NCBI GenBank assembly: GCA_002269645.1
Contig: NIVC01002573.1
Coordinates: 1,116 to 65,115, forward strand
Direction: 5' to 3'
Origin: Macrostomum lignano
Taxonomy: Eukaryota
DNA: 64,000 nt
The position numbers and the translations under genes are program-made. The notes beneath the pieces were generated by a model, which saw only the letters and a list, made by a program, of their open reading frames with translations, ran no database searches and had not been told where the DNA came from. Positions 13,388 through 26,611 of this stretch are shown here, in pieces (positions within the stretch are counted from its first letter, which is position 1; the number at the start of each line of letters is the position of its first letter).

Positions 13388-16300
13388 ATGGAAGAAAAGG
13401 AGTTACTGCAGCCTCAGGCTACTCAGTGTGCCCCACAGCAGCAGCCAAAACTCATGGGTAGGGATTAATTTTAATCTTATTTCTGTCTGCATGGTAGTGA
13501 CATTTTTTGTAAAGCTACATCTTCTGATTCTGACTCGCAGACCGCATCCGGTCATTTCCAAAAGACTTCGCTGACACTGGCCAGCTGATGATCTCCGCCA
13601 AGCGCTGGCTGACCGTTTCCACTGAGCCCGTGCCTGACTGCGATATCGTCGTCATGTTTCCACGCGATGCTGACAAGGAATTCGTTGCTTGGTGCCGGCA
13701 CTCGCTGCTGAATCATGTGCCTGATCTCACTCTGCGCCAAGTGGAACTGCAGTACTCCAGATGCGTTGCTCTCTATGTTACCGCGTCTTTTAGAAGGTTT
13801 GGCTTGACTCTGAAAAAAATTATTTTGTAATATTTCTGGGGTTCTAGAGGATTTAGGTGTGAAGGTGTGATGCGGCACCAGTTAGATCAGGAAGGGTAGT
13901 GGCGCTCGCTCACCTCCAACCACTTGGCTCGCCCATGGCCAGCCTATTAAAGGCCGCGGACACGGTGGGTCTTCGCAAGCGCCTCCGCAGCAGCTACGGC
14001 GGCGGCTACCAGGAGTTCACCCTGGAGGAGCTCGACCTGTTCGCTAATGGCCAGTCTGCCAGCGACTTTTTCAGTAGCCAGGAGCGCCAGGGACTCGTGC
14101 GGCATCTTCTGCTGAGCTGGCGGCTCGAGGCAGCCAATTGCTGGCCGGGACTCTCGCTGACTGAGCAGCAGCCAGCGCTGCCGCAACTGCAGGTATGAGC
14201 TGTGCTCATGCACAGTATGAGCTATGACTGTGCTCATGTACAGTATGAGCTATGACTGTGCTCATGTACCGTATGAGCTATGACTGTGCTCATGTAAAGT
14301 ATGAGCTATGACTGTGCTCATGTACCGTATGAGCTATGACTGTGCTCATGTACAGTATGAGCTATGACTGTGCTCATGTACAGTATGAGCTATGACTGTG
14401 CTCATGTACCGTATGAGCTATGACTGTGCTCATGTACAGTATGAGCTATGACTGTGCTCATGTACCGTATGAGCTATGACTGTGCTCATGTACAGTATGA
14501 GCTATGACTGTGATCATGTACAGTATGAGCTATGACTGTGCTCATGTAAAGTATGAGCTATGACTGTGCTCATGTACCGTATGAGCTATGACTGTGCTCA
14601 TGTACAGTATGAGCTATGACTGTGCTCATGTACAGTATGAGCTATGACTGTGCTCATGTAAAGTATGAGCTATGACTGTGCTCATGTACCGTATGAGCTA
14701 TGACTGTGCTCATGTACAGTATGAGCTATGACTGTGCTCATGTACAGTATGAGCTATGACTGTGCTCATGTTGCCCGCAGGTGCGCGGCCTGGTCCAGGC
14801 GGTTTTCCCGCTGCACTGCCAGCGCGATCTGAGCCGCCTTCAGGCCAGCTGGGTTGGCCGGCTGTTCCGGCCGCAGCCGCTTAACGCAGTGCAGGAATAT
14901 TTCGGAGTAAAGGTCGCTCTGTACTTTGCCTGGCTGGGCTTCTACACCATGGCCTTGCTGGCTCCAGCCCTGGTCGGCGCCGCGGCGCACTTTCTGAGCT
15001 CAAGCGACGCCGCCTGCGGGCTGCTGGTCTGCTTCAACATCCTCTGGGCCACCGTCTACCTGGAGATGTGGAAGCGGCACAGCTCTGTGCTCACCTACGA
15101 CTGGGGCACCTTGGACAGCGGCAACACCGACCTGCTGGACGAGTGCCGGCCGCTGTTTAAGGTAGGGCATTTTCTTATAAGCTTTTTGTGGCCGTTGTGG
15201 GTCATGGTGGCTGATGTGGGTCATGGTGGCTGATGTGGGTCATGGTGGCTGATGTAGGTCCTGGTGGTTGTTGTTGGTCATGGTGGCTGATGTGGGTCAT
15301 GGTTGGCTGATCTGGGTCATGGTGGTTGTTGTGGGTCATGGTGGCTGATGTTGGTCATAGTGGCTGATGTGGTTCATGGTTGCTGATGTGGGTCAAGTGT
15401 ATTGCATGGGTCAAGGTGTATTGCATGGGTCAAGGTGTATTGCATGGGTCAAGGTGTATTGCATGGGTCAAGGTGTATTGCATGGGTCAAGGTGTATTGC
15501 ATGGGTCAAGGTGTATTGCATGGGTCAAGGTGTATTGCATGGGTCAAGGTGTATTGCATGGGTCAAGGTGTATTGCATGGGTCAAGGTGTATTGCATGGG
15601 TCAAGGTGTATTGCATGGGTCAAGGTGTATTGCATGGGTCAAGGTGTATTGCATGGGTCAAGGTGTATTGCATGGGTCAAGGTGTATTGCATGGGTCAAG
15701 GTGTATTGCATGGGTCAAGGTGTATTGCATGGGTCAAGGTGTATTGCATGGGTCAAGGTGTATTGCATGGGTCAAGGTGTATTGCATGGGTCAAGGTGTA
15801 TTGCATGGGTCAAGGTGTATTGCATGGGTCAAGGTGTATTGCATGGGTCAAGGTGTATTGCATGGGTTAAGTGTATTTTGCGGGTCAGTTAAGTACAAAG
15901 CGCAAAGCGAGCTCCTTACCACGCCGCAGGGCCAGCCCAGCATCAGCCGCATCACGGGCCGCGTGACCCTGGCGTATCCGGCATGGAAGCGGCTGGCCAT
16001 CCGCTACCTGATCAGCCTGCCGGTCATCGCTGCCTGCCTGGCCGCGGTGGTCTGCCTGATGCTGCTGCAGTTCGCCTTCCAGGACTGGATCACCGAGATG
16101 GTGACGGAGAAGGCGCTGCCGTCCGTGGTGGATTTTGCACCGAAAGTCACCAACGCCCTCGTCATCTCCATGTGCGACTATTTTTACAAGGGCATCGCCA
16201 AGTGGCTGAACGATTTGGGTGAGGGCGACAGTGGATGCGTGCTGAGTGCGAATGCGATTGAATGTCACCGACACTGGATTCTGGAAATATCCATGGGTCA

Positions 16301-19300
16301 CTGAACTCTGCGAAATCCCATGGGTCACTGAACTCTGCAAAATCCCATGGGTCACTGAACTCGGCGAATGAGTCACTGAAATCTGCGAAATCCCATGGGG
16401 CATGGGACTCTTAATACGTCACTGCATTCATATGGGTCACTAAATTCTAATGGTTCACTGGATTCTAATGGGTAACTAACTTCTGATGGGTAACTGGATT
16501 CTTGTGGGCAACTGAATTCTAATGGGTAACTGGGTTCTAATGGGTAACTGAATTCTAATGGGTAACTGAATTCTAATGGTTAACTGAATTCTAATGGGTA
16601 ACTGAATTCTAATAGGTAACTGGGTTCTAATGGGTAACTGAATTCTAATGGTTAACTGAATTCTAATAGGTAACTGGGTTCTACTGGATTTTAATTCAGC
16701 AAATATCCTTTATTCCCGCGCAAAAATCAGAGAACATTCGCGTGGAAGAGTCTTACAGAAGTCACCTGATCATCAAGCTGATTTTGGTAAGTCCATCTGT
16801 TTACAAAATTATTATTTAGCTTATGTCACATTTATTAATTAAAAATTAAAAAACAGACTCCTAAAAAATCCAGTTTCAATCGGTGAATTCGTTCCTGTCG
16901 CTATTCTACGTGGCATTCTACCGCCAGGACATGAGCATGCTCAAGCAGGTTCGTACTGACACCGGATGTCGAATCTTTGTGGTTTGTTTCGTTTAGTTAG
17001 TTCGAAGTACTTACTAAATTACTTGTTGATGGCTTAGAAATTGGATGAATCTTGCAGCGGGTATTATCTATGTCATTTTGTGTCACCCCAAACACTCGCC
17101 TAAGACCTGCGCCTAATAGCACCATTCGCTGAATCTTGCAGCAACTCGCAGCTCTCCTGCTCACCCGCCAAATCATCGACAACATCAAGGAGGTCGGCAT
17201 CCCGTTTGTGATGTCCCGAATTCGTAACTACAAGATGAGCCTCGACTACGAAAGGCAGAAGAAGCGCGACTCGGCCGAACCGGACACTGCCCCGGACACC
17301 GAGGGCAGTCCGGGAATCACACAGACCGAAGTTGAAGCCAGTCTGGAAGCCGTGAGTGTCTGGTTTGACTTACTATTGGGTGTTGGAGCACTGTCTGGAG
17401 TGTGTGCGTAGCTTAGAGCTGAGGGTGTTGGAGCAGTGTCTGGGGTGTGTGCGTAGCTTAGAGCTGAGGGTGTTGGCGCAGTGTCTGGGGTGTGTGCGTA
17501 GCTTAGAGCTGAGGGTGTTGGCGCAGTGTCTGGGGTGTGTGCGTAGCTTAGAGCTGAGGGTGTTGGAGCAGTGTCTGGGGTGTGTGCGTAGCTTAGAGGG
17601 GTGTTGGAGCACTGTCTGGGGTGTGTGCGTAGCTTAGAGGGGTGTTGGAGCACTGTCTGGGGTGTGTGCGTAGCTTAGAGCTGAGGGTGTTGGAGCAGTG
17701 TCTGGGGTGTGTGCGTAGCTTAGAGGGGTGTTGGAGCACTGTCTGGGGTGTGTGCGTAGCTTAGAGGGGTGTTGGAGCAGTGTCTGGGGTGTGTGCGTAG
17801 CTTAGAGGGGTGTTGGAGCAGTGTCTGGGGTGTGTGCGTAGCTTAGAGGGGTGTTGGAGCAGTGTCTGGGGTGTGTGCGTAGCTTAGAGGGGTGTTGGAG
17901 CAGTGTCTGGGGTGTGTGCGTAGCTTAGAGGGGTGTTGGAGCAGTGTCTGGGGTGTGTGCGTAGCTTAGAGGGGTGTTGGCGCAGTGTCTGGGGTGTGTG
18001 CGTAGCTTAGAGCTGAGGGTGTTGGAGCAGTGTCTGGGGTGTGTGCGTAGCTTAGAGCTGAGGGTGTTGGCGCAGTGTCTGGGGTGTGTGCGTAGCTTAG
18101 AGCTGAGGGTGTTGGCGCAGTGTCTGGGGTGTGTGCGTAGCTTAGAGCTGAGGGTGTTGGAGCACTGTCTGGGGTGTGTGCGTAGCTTAGAGCTGAGGGT
18201 GTTGGAGCAGTGTCTGGGGTGTGTGCGTAGCTTAGAGGGGTGTTGGAGCAGTGTCTGGGGTGTGTGCGTAGCTTAGAGGGGTGTTGGAGCAGTGTCTGGG
18301 GTGTGTGCGTAGCTTAGAGGGGTGTTGGAGCAGTGTCTGGGGTGTGTGCGTAGCTTAGAGGGGTGTTGGAGCAGTGTCTGGGGTGTGTGCGTAGCTTAGA
18401 GCTGAGGGTGTTGGAGCAGTGTCTGGGGTGTGTGCGTAGCTTAGAGGGGTGTTGGAGCAGTGTCTGGGGTGTGTGCGTAGCTTAGAGCTGAGGGTGTTGG
18501 AGCAGTGTCTGGGGTGTGTGCGTAGCTTAGAGGGGTGTTGGAGCAGTGTCTGGGGTGTGTGCGTAGCTTAGAGCTGAGGGTGTTGGAGCACTGTCTGGGG
18601 TGTGTGCGTAGCTTAGAGGGGTGTTGGAGCACTGTCTGGGGTGTGTGCGTAGCTTAGAGGGGTGTTGGAGCACTGTCTGGGGTGTGTGCGTAGCTTAGAG
18701 CTGAGGGTGTTGGCGCAGTGTCTGGGGTGTGTGCGTAGCTTAGAGCTGAGGGTGTTGGAGCAGTGTCTGGGGTGTGTGCGTAGCTTAGAGCTGAGGGTGT
18801 TGGCGCAGTGTCTGGGGTGTGTGCGTAGCTTAGAGCTGAGGGTGTTGGCGCAGTGTCTGGGGTGTGTGCGTAGCTTAGAGCTAAGGGTGTTGGAGTACTG
18901 TCTGGGGTGTGTGCGTAGCTTAGAGCTGAGGGTGTTGGCGCAGTGTCTGGGGTGTGTGCGTAGCTTAGAGGGGTGTTGGAGCAGTGTCTGGGGTGTGTAC
19001 GTAGCTTAGAGGGGTGTTGGAGCACTGTCTGGGGTGTGTGCGTAGCTTAGAGGGGTGTTGGAGCAGTGTCTGGGGTGTGTACGTAGCTTAGAGGGGTGTT
19101 GGAGCAGTGTCTGGGGTGTGTGCGTAGCTTAGAGGGGTGTTGAAGCACTGTCTGGGGTGTGTGCGTAGCTTAGAGGGGTGTTGGAGCAGTGTCTGGGGTG
19201 TGTACGTAGCTTAGAGGGGTGTTGGAGCAGTGTCTGGGGTGTGTGCGTAGCTTAGAGCTGAGGGTGTTGGAGTACTGTCTGGGGTGTGTGCGTAGCTTAG

Positions 19301-21239
19301 AGCTGAGGGTGTTGGCCCAGTGTCTGGGGTGTGTGCGTAGCTTAGAGTTGAGGGTGTTGGAGTACTGTCTGGGGTGTGTGCGTAGCTTAGAGGGGTGTTG
19401 GAGCAGTGTCTGGGGTGTGTGCGTAGCTTAGAGGGGTGTTGGAGCAGTTTCTGGGGTGTGTGCGTAGCTTAGAGGGGTGTTGGAGCAGTGTCTGGGGTGT
19501 GTGCGTAGCTTAGAGGGGTGTTGAAGCACTGTCTGGGGTGTGTGCGTAGCTTAGAGCTGAGGGTGCTGGCCCAGTGTCTGGGGTGTGTGCGTAGCTTAGA
19601 GCTGAGGGTGTTGGCGCAGTGTCTGGGGTGTGTGCGTAGCTTAGAGCTGAGGGTGTTGGAGTACTGTCTGGGGTGTGTGCGTAGCTTAGAGGGGTGTTGG
19701 AGCAGTGTCTGGGGTGTGTACGTAGCTTAGAGGGGTGTTGGAGCAGTGTCTGGGGTGTGTGCGTAGCTTAGAGGGGTGTTGGAGCAGTGTCTGGGGTGTG
19801 TGCGTAGCTTAGAGGGGTGTTGGAGCAGTGTCTGGGGTGTGTGCGTAGCTTAGAGGGGTGTTGGAGCAGTGTCTGGGGTGTGTGCGTAGCTTAGATGGGT
19901 GTTGGAGCACTGTCTGGGGTGTGTGCGTAGCTTAGAGGGGTGTTGGAGCAGTGTCTGGGGTGTGTGCGTAGCTTAGAGGGGTGTTGGAGCAGTGTCTGGG
20001 GTGTGTGCGTAGCTTAGAGCTGAGGGTGCTGGCCCAGTGTCTGTGGTGTCTGCGTAGCTTAGAGACACTACTTGAACCTCGATTTCCTATTTTTCCCTGC
20101 CAATCCCATTGTCCAGTACGATGACCCCTACGAAGACTACCTGGAGATGTTCATCCAGTACGGCTACATGTGCATGTTCTCCTGCGCCCTGCCCCTCGCT
20201 GGCGTCTTCTGCCTCATCAACAATGTTATGGAGATCCGGTCTGACGCCTTCAAACTGTGCACCGGCTTCAGGCGTCCCTTCGGCACCAAGGTGTCAGACA
20301 TTGGCGTCTGGCAGATGGCTCTGGAGGGCATCAGCTGCGTAGCCGTCACCGTGAATGTTGCCCTGCTCGGCGTCAGCGGCGCAGTCAGCCGATGGTTCCC
20401 CAGCCTCAGCCCGGCTCAGGTAGTCCTGCTGCTGGTCCTGTTTGAGGTGAGCCGCTTGGGGTTTCAGGTTTTGTATTTATTGGTGCAAGCCATCATGGAG
20501 TACTTTTCTGGCCAACAGCACCAAATCAAATGTGATTTGATCAAATTGACACTTGCCACCTCATTATATTCAAATGCACACGCCAGCCAGAGCACCTGCC
20601 ACCCCACTCCACCCAATGTACACACTCCAGCCAGAGCACCCGCCACCCCACTCCACCCAATGTACACACTCGAGCCAGAGCACCCGCCACCCCACTCCAC
20701 CCAATGTACACACCAGCCAGTGCACCCGCCACCTCACTCCACCACCCAATGTACACACTCGAGCCAGAGCACCCGCCACCCCACTCCACCCAATGTACAC
20801 ACCAGCCAGCGCACCCGCCACCCCACTCCACCACCCAATGTACACACTCCAGCCAGAGCACCCGCCACCTCACTCCACCCAATGTACACACTCCAGCCAG
20901 AGCACCCGCCACCCTACTCCACCCAATGTACACACTCCAGCCAGAGCATCCGTCACCCCACTCAACCAATCGCTCGCATTTCCCACCGCAGCACATCGTA
21001 CTAGTTCTAAAGTACATCATAGCCAAGGCCATACCGGACGTGCCCCATTGGATTGAGGAGGAAATCGCCATTACTGAGCATAAGAAGCGAGCCGCACTGA
21101 AGGTGAGTGTGCTAATTACACAGATTTATTAGTTTTACCAGGTGTGACGCGAATGCAAGCAACGCTCGACCGATTCCAGCTGCAAAACCGGGCGCATCTC
21201 CGGGCTAAGCGGGAGAGCGGCAGCTGCTCAGAGGGCTGA
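13388..21239 (+). CDS. ANO8: Anoctamin/TMEM16, ANO8-like (ANO8/ANO10 clade), about 680-710 aa
   Basis: Exons 13388-13457, 13541-13796, 13943-14192, 14781-15161, 15930-16218, 16731-16786, 16874-16948, 17142-17351, 20117-20446, 20992-21102, all GT-AG and phase-consistent. Terminal exon starts at 21142 (stop at 21147, or 21239 if one G is missing). Motifs FFSSQERQ, YFGVKVALYFAWLGFYT, DYLEMFIQYGY, NNVMEIRSDAFKLC, IPDVPHW. The N-terminal LLKAADTVGLRK..YGGG segment resembles ANO8. Confidence 0.88.
14193..14770. repeat. 28-nt minisatellite (gtatgagctatgactgtgctcatgtaca) forming almost the whole of anoctamin intron 3
   Basis: Starts at the GT donor (14193) and ends 10 nt before the exon at 14781. 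Confidence 0.97.
15198..15867. repeat. Two adjacent 19-nt arrays: gggtcatggtggctgatgt (15198-15395) then gggtcaaggtgtattgcat (15389-15867)
   Basis: Direct tandem repeats in anoctamin intron 4. Confidence 0.96.
16275..16682. repeat. Short ~27-nt (ccatgggtcactgaactctgcgaaatc) and 18-nt (tgggtaactgaattctaa) arrays
   Basis: Tandem repeats in anoctamin intron 5. Confidence 0.9.
17370..20062. repeat. 2.7-kb minisatellite with ~41/45-nt unit variants (gtgttggagcagtgtctggggtgtgtgcgtagcttagag[ctgag]gg)
   Basis: Fills anoctamin intron 17352-20116. Confidence 0.98.
20572..20965. repeat. ~44-nt minisatellite (cacactccagccagagcacccgccaccccactccacccaatgta)
   Basis: Inside anoctamin intron 20447-20991. 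Confidence 0.95.
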
Positions 21240-22447
21240 GATCGAGTTTGTCAGAGTATCGAATATTGTCTTCTACTGCCTGCTGCTGAAATCAAACTGC
21301 CATTTTGTTCACTAATATTCTAGATATGCCTGCTGCCTCCTATTGCCCGTCATCCTATCTGTTTTATGACCGCCAATTTTATTCATTTTGAATCGTAATC
21401 CATTTTAATCTCTCGCTTAGTTCCTTCTCTCTAGCTAATTATTATTTATTGAATTTTTTAACTATCTGGCTGCCGTGCTCTTGTGATACTACTGTGCTGC
21501 TGCGCATTCCTAGTAATATTTATAGAGTTTTATTCGCCACATTTGCTGAATCAAATCAGAGCGTATTGATATTATTGTTTCTCACGCAGCTGATGATTTA
21601 CACATTTTTACCGCTTTTAGCTTGTGTGATGAAAGCCTGCAACAAAACTTTTTCCATGTACAGATAACTTTTCTTTGGAGGGTAATAGCGCCTTATTAAC
21701 ATTTCGCGTCAATCCAGACACTTGGGATTGGGAAAGCCTGAAGCAGGCGTGATTTTGTCTACAAGATAGACAGCTCAGCCCAGCGGACATGCCTGAAGAT
21801 TAGAAAGTCAGGGCCTCTGTACATCCTGTGTGAGCGTATTGGCCAAAAATTGATCCGATTTTTTTAAGTTGGTTGAACAAACAGCCTGCTCGAGAGCGCC
21901 CAGCTGTTTTACTGGGATTCGTAGAAATTCCACTTTTTCTTGGAAAAAAGTATTACGAAAATTATTCCTAAATTTCTATCTACTTCTCGTTTAAATTTTT
22001 ACTCTTGTAATTGTTGGATATTATTCTTTGGTGTTGACATCTTTGCTAGCATGAAGTTTCAGTGGCTGGCCTCTGAAAGCAGCTATTTTTTAGTGAAAAC
22101 GACCATGCTATATATATTATTGTCTAATAAATATCGTTTCTCAGAACTTTATTCGCTACTACTCATTAAAAATCTATTTTAAGTAGTATCTGCGTTCATT
22201 TGTTTAGTTTTTTTTCTATTTCAATCAAATTGAAAGACTTTATTTATATCGACAAGAGCGGGAAAGATAGAAGACTTCAGTAGTCATTCAGGGCGGCATC
22301 GGCGCTGCGTAAGAGATTTTGCAGCTTTGTAAACTGGAGATTAAAATAATCTGCGTAATACACCGTAAACTAAAAAATACACAGCATTTTTATAATAAAT
22401 ACATACACACAAACATCGCACCAGTTTTAGTATTTAGACTATAAGGC

Positions 22448-22923
22448 AAAAACTATCATAGCAACCATTGATATAGCAAAAATTTCCATAGCAAGCATTG
22501 TCATAGCAACAATTTCCATAGCAAGCATTGATATAGCAAACATTTCCGTAGCAAGCATTGTCATAGCAACAATTTCCATAGCAACCATTGATATAGCAAC
22601 AATTTCCATAGCAACCATTGATATAGCGACAATTTCCATAGCAACCATTGATATAGCAACAATTTCCATAGCAACCATTGATATAGCAACAATTTCCATA
22701 GCAACCATTGATATAGCAACAATTTCCATAGCAAGCATTGATATAGCAACAATTTCCATAGCAAGCATTGTCATAGCAACAATTTCCATAGCAAGCATTG
22801 TCATAGCAACAATTTCCATAGCAAGCATTGTCATAGCAACAATTTCCATAGCAAGCATTGTCATAGCAACAATTTCCATAGCAAGCATTGTCATAGCAAC
22901 AATTTCCATAGCAAGCATTGTCA
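22448..22923. repeat. 30-nt minisatellite (catagcaa(g/c)cattg(tc/at)atagcaacaatttc)
   Basis: About 16 direct tandem units, about 120 nt beyond the stop of the 23045 ORF. Confidence 0.96.
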
Positions 22924-23044
22924 TCAGAACCAGCTTTCAACTCGGAAGCAATCATTGCAGCAACTGTTGTCCTGTTAACCAAAACTGCCACTTGACTGCT
23001 ACAAACAGAAACGATAAGCATCGGAGCGGCAAGTCTCTTTCTGA

Positions 23045-24004
<960 letters not shown>

Positions 24005-25657
24005 TCAGAAAGGATTGCTTTGCGAACTAGGGATCTTGGGATGTACTTTAAACCTACAGTACAGAATGGGACTGGAGCTTTTTGGATAAGATTGGGATTT
24101 GTGATCAATTGTGAATTGATGATGTGTGTTGAAAACCTCATTCTAGCTTGCATATATCTGATCTAATTTTATTTTAAGCTTTTCTCAAGCCAAAAATATC
24201 TAGTCCGCTCCGCGATCAACACTGCAGAACCATGTGCTCAGCTGAGCTACTCAAGATGAGCTGTTGGGATCTGCACTGCTCACGTCTCCTCTCCTCTAAT
24301 CTCCCTCAGCCCGGCTACAGGCCGCCAAGGATCCCCATAGTCCCGTGCTGCTTGCGAGTACAGCCCACTTCACAGCCACCTGTAGCGCTTCCTCTGGGGA
24401 GCATTGTCGAAGAAAAGTTGCTAAAAATCGATCCCCAAGAATCCTGCATGCTGAGCCTTGCGTGGGCACGGAATTCGCCTGTCTGCTCAATGCTTCAACT
24501 CTCTACTCAGCCTTAAAATAGCTGGGCCAGTAGTGCATTGTTCAGCCCACGCTTTCCCAACTGAGTGAGTCATGCTTGAGCAGTTTAGAGGACAGTAGAG
24601 GGAGCGGATGCTGGAATGCGACTCCAGAGACGGGGCTGAGCAGACCAACTTAGTGCGCTCTGGCTCCAGTTTGCAAGATTCAGACAAGAATCGCTGAAAA
24701 GTCGTTGCAAACAACTCGCTAGGGACTCTAGCGACTCTGGTGACTTTTTAGCGACTCAAACGCGTCTGATGCGACGGAGAGGCGACTGTTGCGTCACAGG
24801 CGCGTCACGTGAGTTTTAGAACCGTAACAGAGTCGCGAGAGAGTTGTCAAAGTGACTTTAAGGCGATTGTTCGACGACTTTTTGGCGAGTTGTACCGCGA
24901 ATTCTCGTTGTTTTAAAGTCGTCTAGAGTCACACCTTCCCTATTTTACCTGCGCTATCTGCAACGACTCTGAAACGGCTCTGGGGCAACGCAAGTGACTC
25001 TGGGACACCTCTTGGCCTTGGCCTGAATTATAGTTACTGAGTACCCGGATACAGAGGCTGAATGTCATATTACATGTGCAGCTACTGGGACTACACAAGG
25101 ACCACTAGAAGTTGCCGTTGTATCAGGACGCAACACTCGTAAATATTGCAAAATTATTTGAAGGCCCGCTTTTGTTTACATTGCAGCTAAACTTTAAATG
25201 CTGATAACTCCGGACTGGTTGCACTTAGAAAGATAATTTTTTCGCCAGGTGGCTCGAAATTTTGTTCTCTTTAACATGAAGCAAAGTTTGGCGCTGTATC
25301 TACATGTAGGAGTATACTAGCAGTATCTGCTGTCTGCATAAAACCTTAGGAAATATTAAAACGAGTTGCATATAATGATATAATTACTCAAAATATCTAG
25401 ATTACAGCCTAAACAAACTTTAAATACACATTATATGAAGCTTCTGAGGCTCAAATGTAGTGCATGCTTCTTTAAAACAGTCGACTCAAGTCGAGTAGAT
25501 GCTTTTTTGAAGGCAAGTACCGATAAATACATGCAAACAAGCGGGCCTTCAAATAATTTTGCAATATTTGCGAGTGTTGCGTCCTGATACAACGGTGACT
25601 TCTAGTGGTCCTTGGGACTACACAATCACAGGTGGACTGGCACAGCAGCCGAACTCA

Positions 25658-25795
<138 letters not shown>

Positions 25796-25806
25796 CTAGT
25801 GTCTCA

Positions 25807-25917
<111 letters not shown>

Positions 25918-25920
25918 CTA

Positions 25921-26130
<210 letters not shown>

Positions 26131-26611
26131 TTAGCGGCGAGCTCAGCCCACTCGCTGCCCTGTCTGAGCTGGGCCTCACTGTGTGGAAGCGAATGGCCGA
26201 GCTGTTGTGTGTACTACAGAACTGCATAAAGAGTTTCGCAGAGCTCTCGCCGCTAAGTCTGACGCAGTGCATACCTGCTACTAAGGGGCAGGCAGACAAT
26301 ATTCTAACAATGGGCTACTATAGAGAACAATTCTAATTTGGGTAAGCTTCTGCGGCCCTATAAATCACTTTAAAGTGCTTTGAAGCGTGCTATTCTCTGA
26401 ATGGCGCATTGGAGAATTTTGTAAGAATGCAATGGAACTTAAGCCAAGGGAATCAGACTGCTGTAGTATTTCAGAACTGTTGGATTCAAAAAGACGGCTT
26501 CAATCGCTCTTGACAACTTGACGAATTCAAGGAGCAGTCAACGGTCGCGATCCAGAACAAGCTTTCTTGAATGCGCTGTACGAGCAATCTGATGCAGCTC
26601 TGGAGCAAATA

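Noticed and set aside
21770-21815. Hammerhead-like ctgaaga...gaaagtc
   Set aside because: No stem II between the core halves and no Penelope context.
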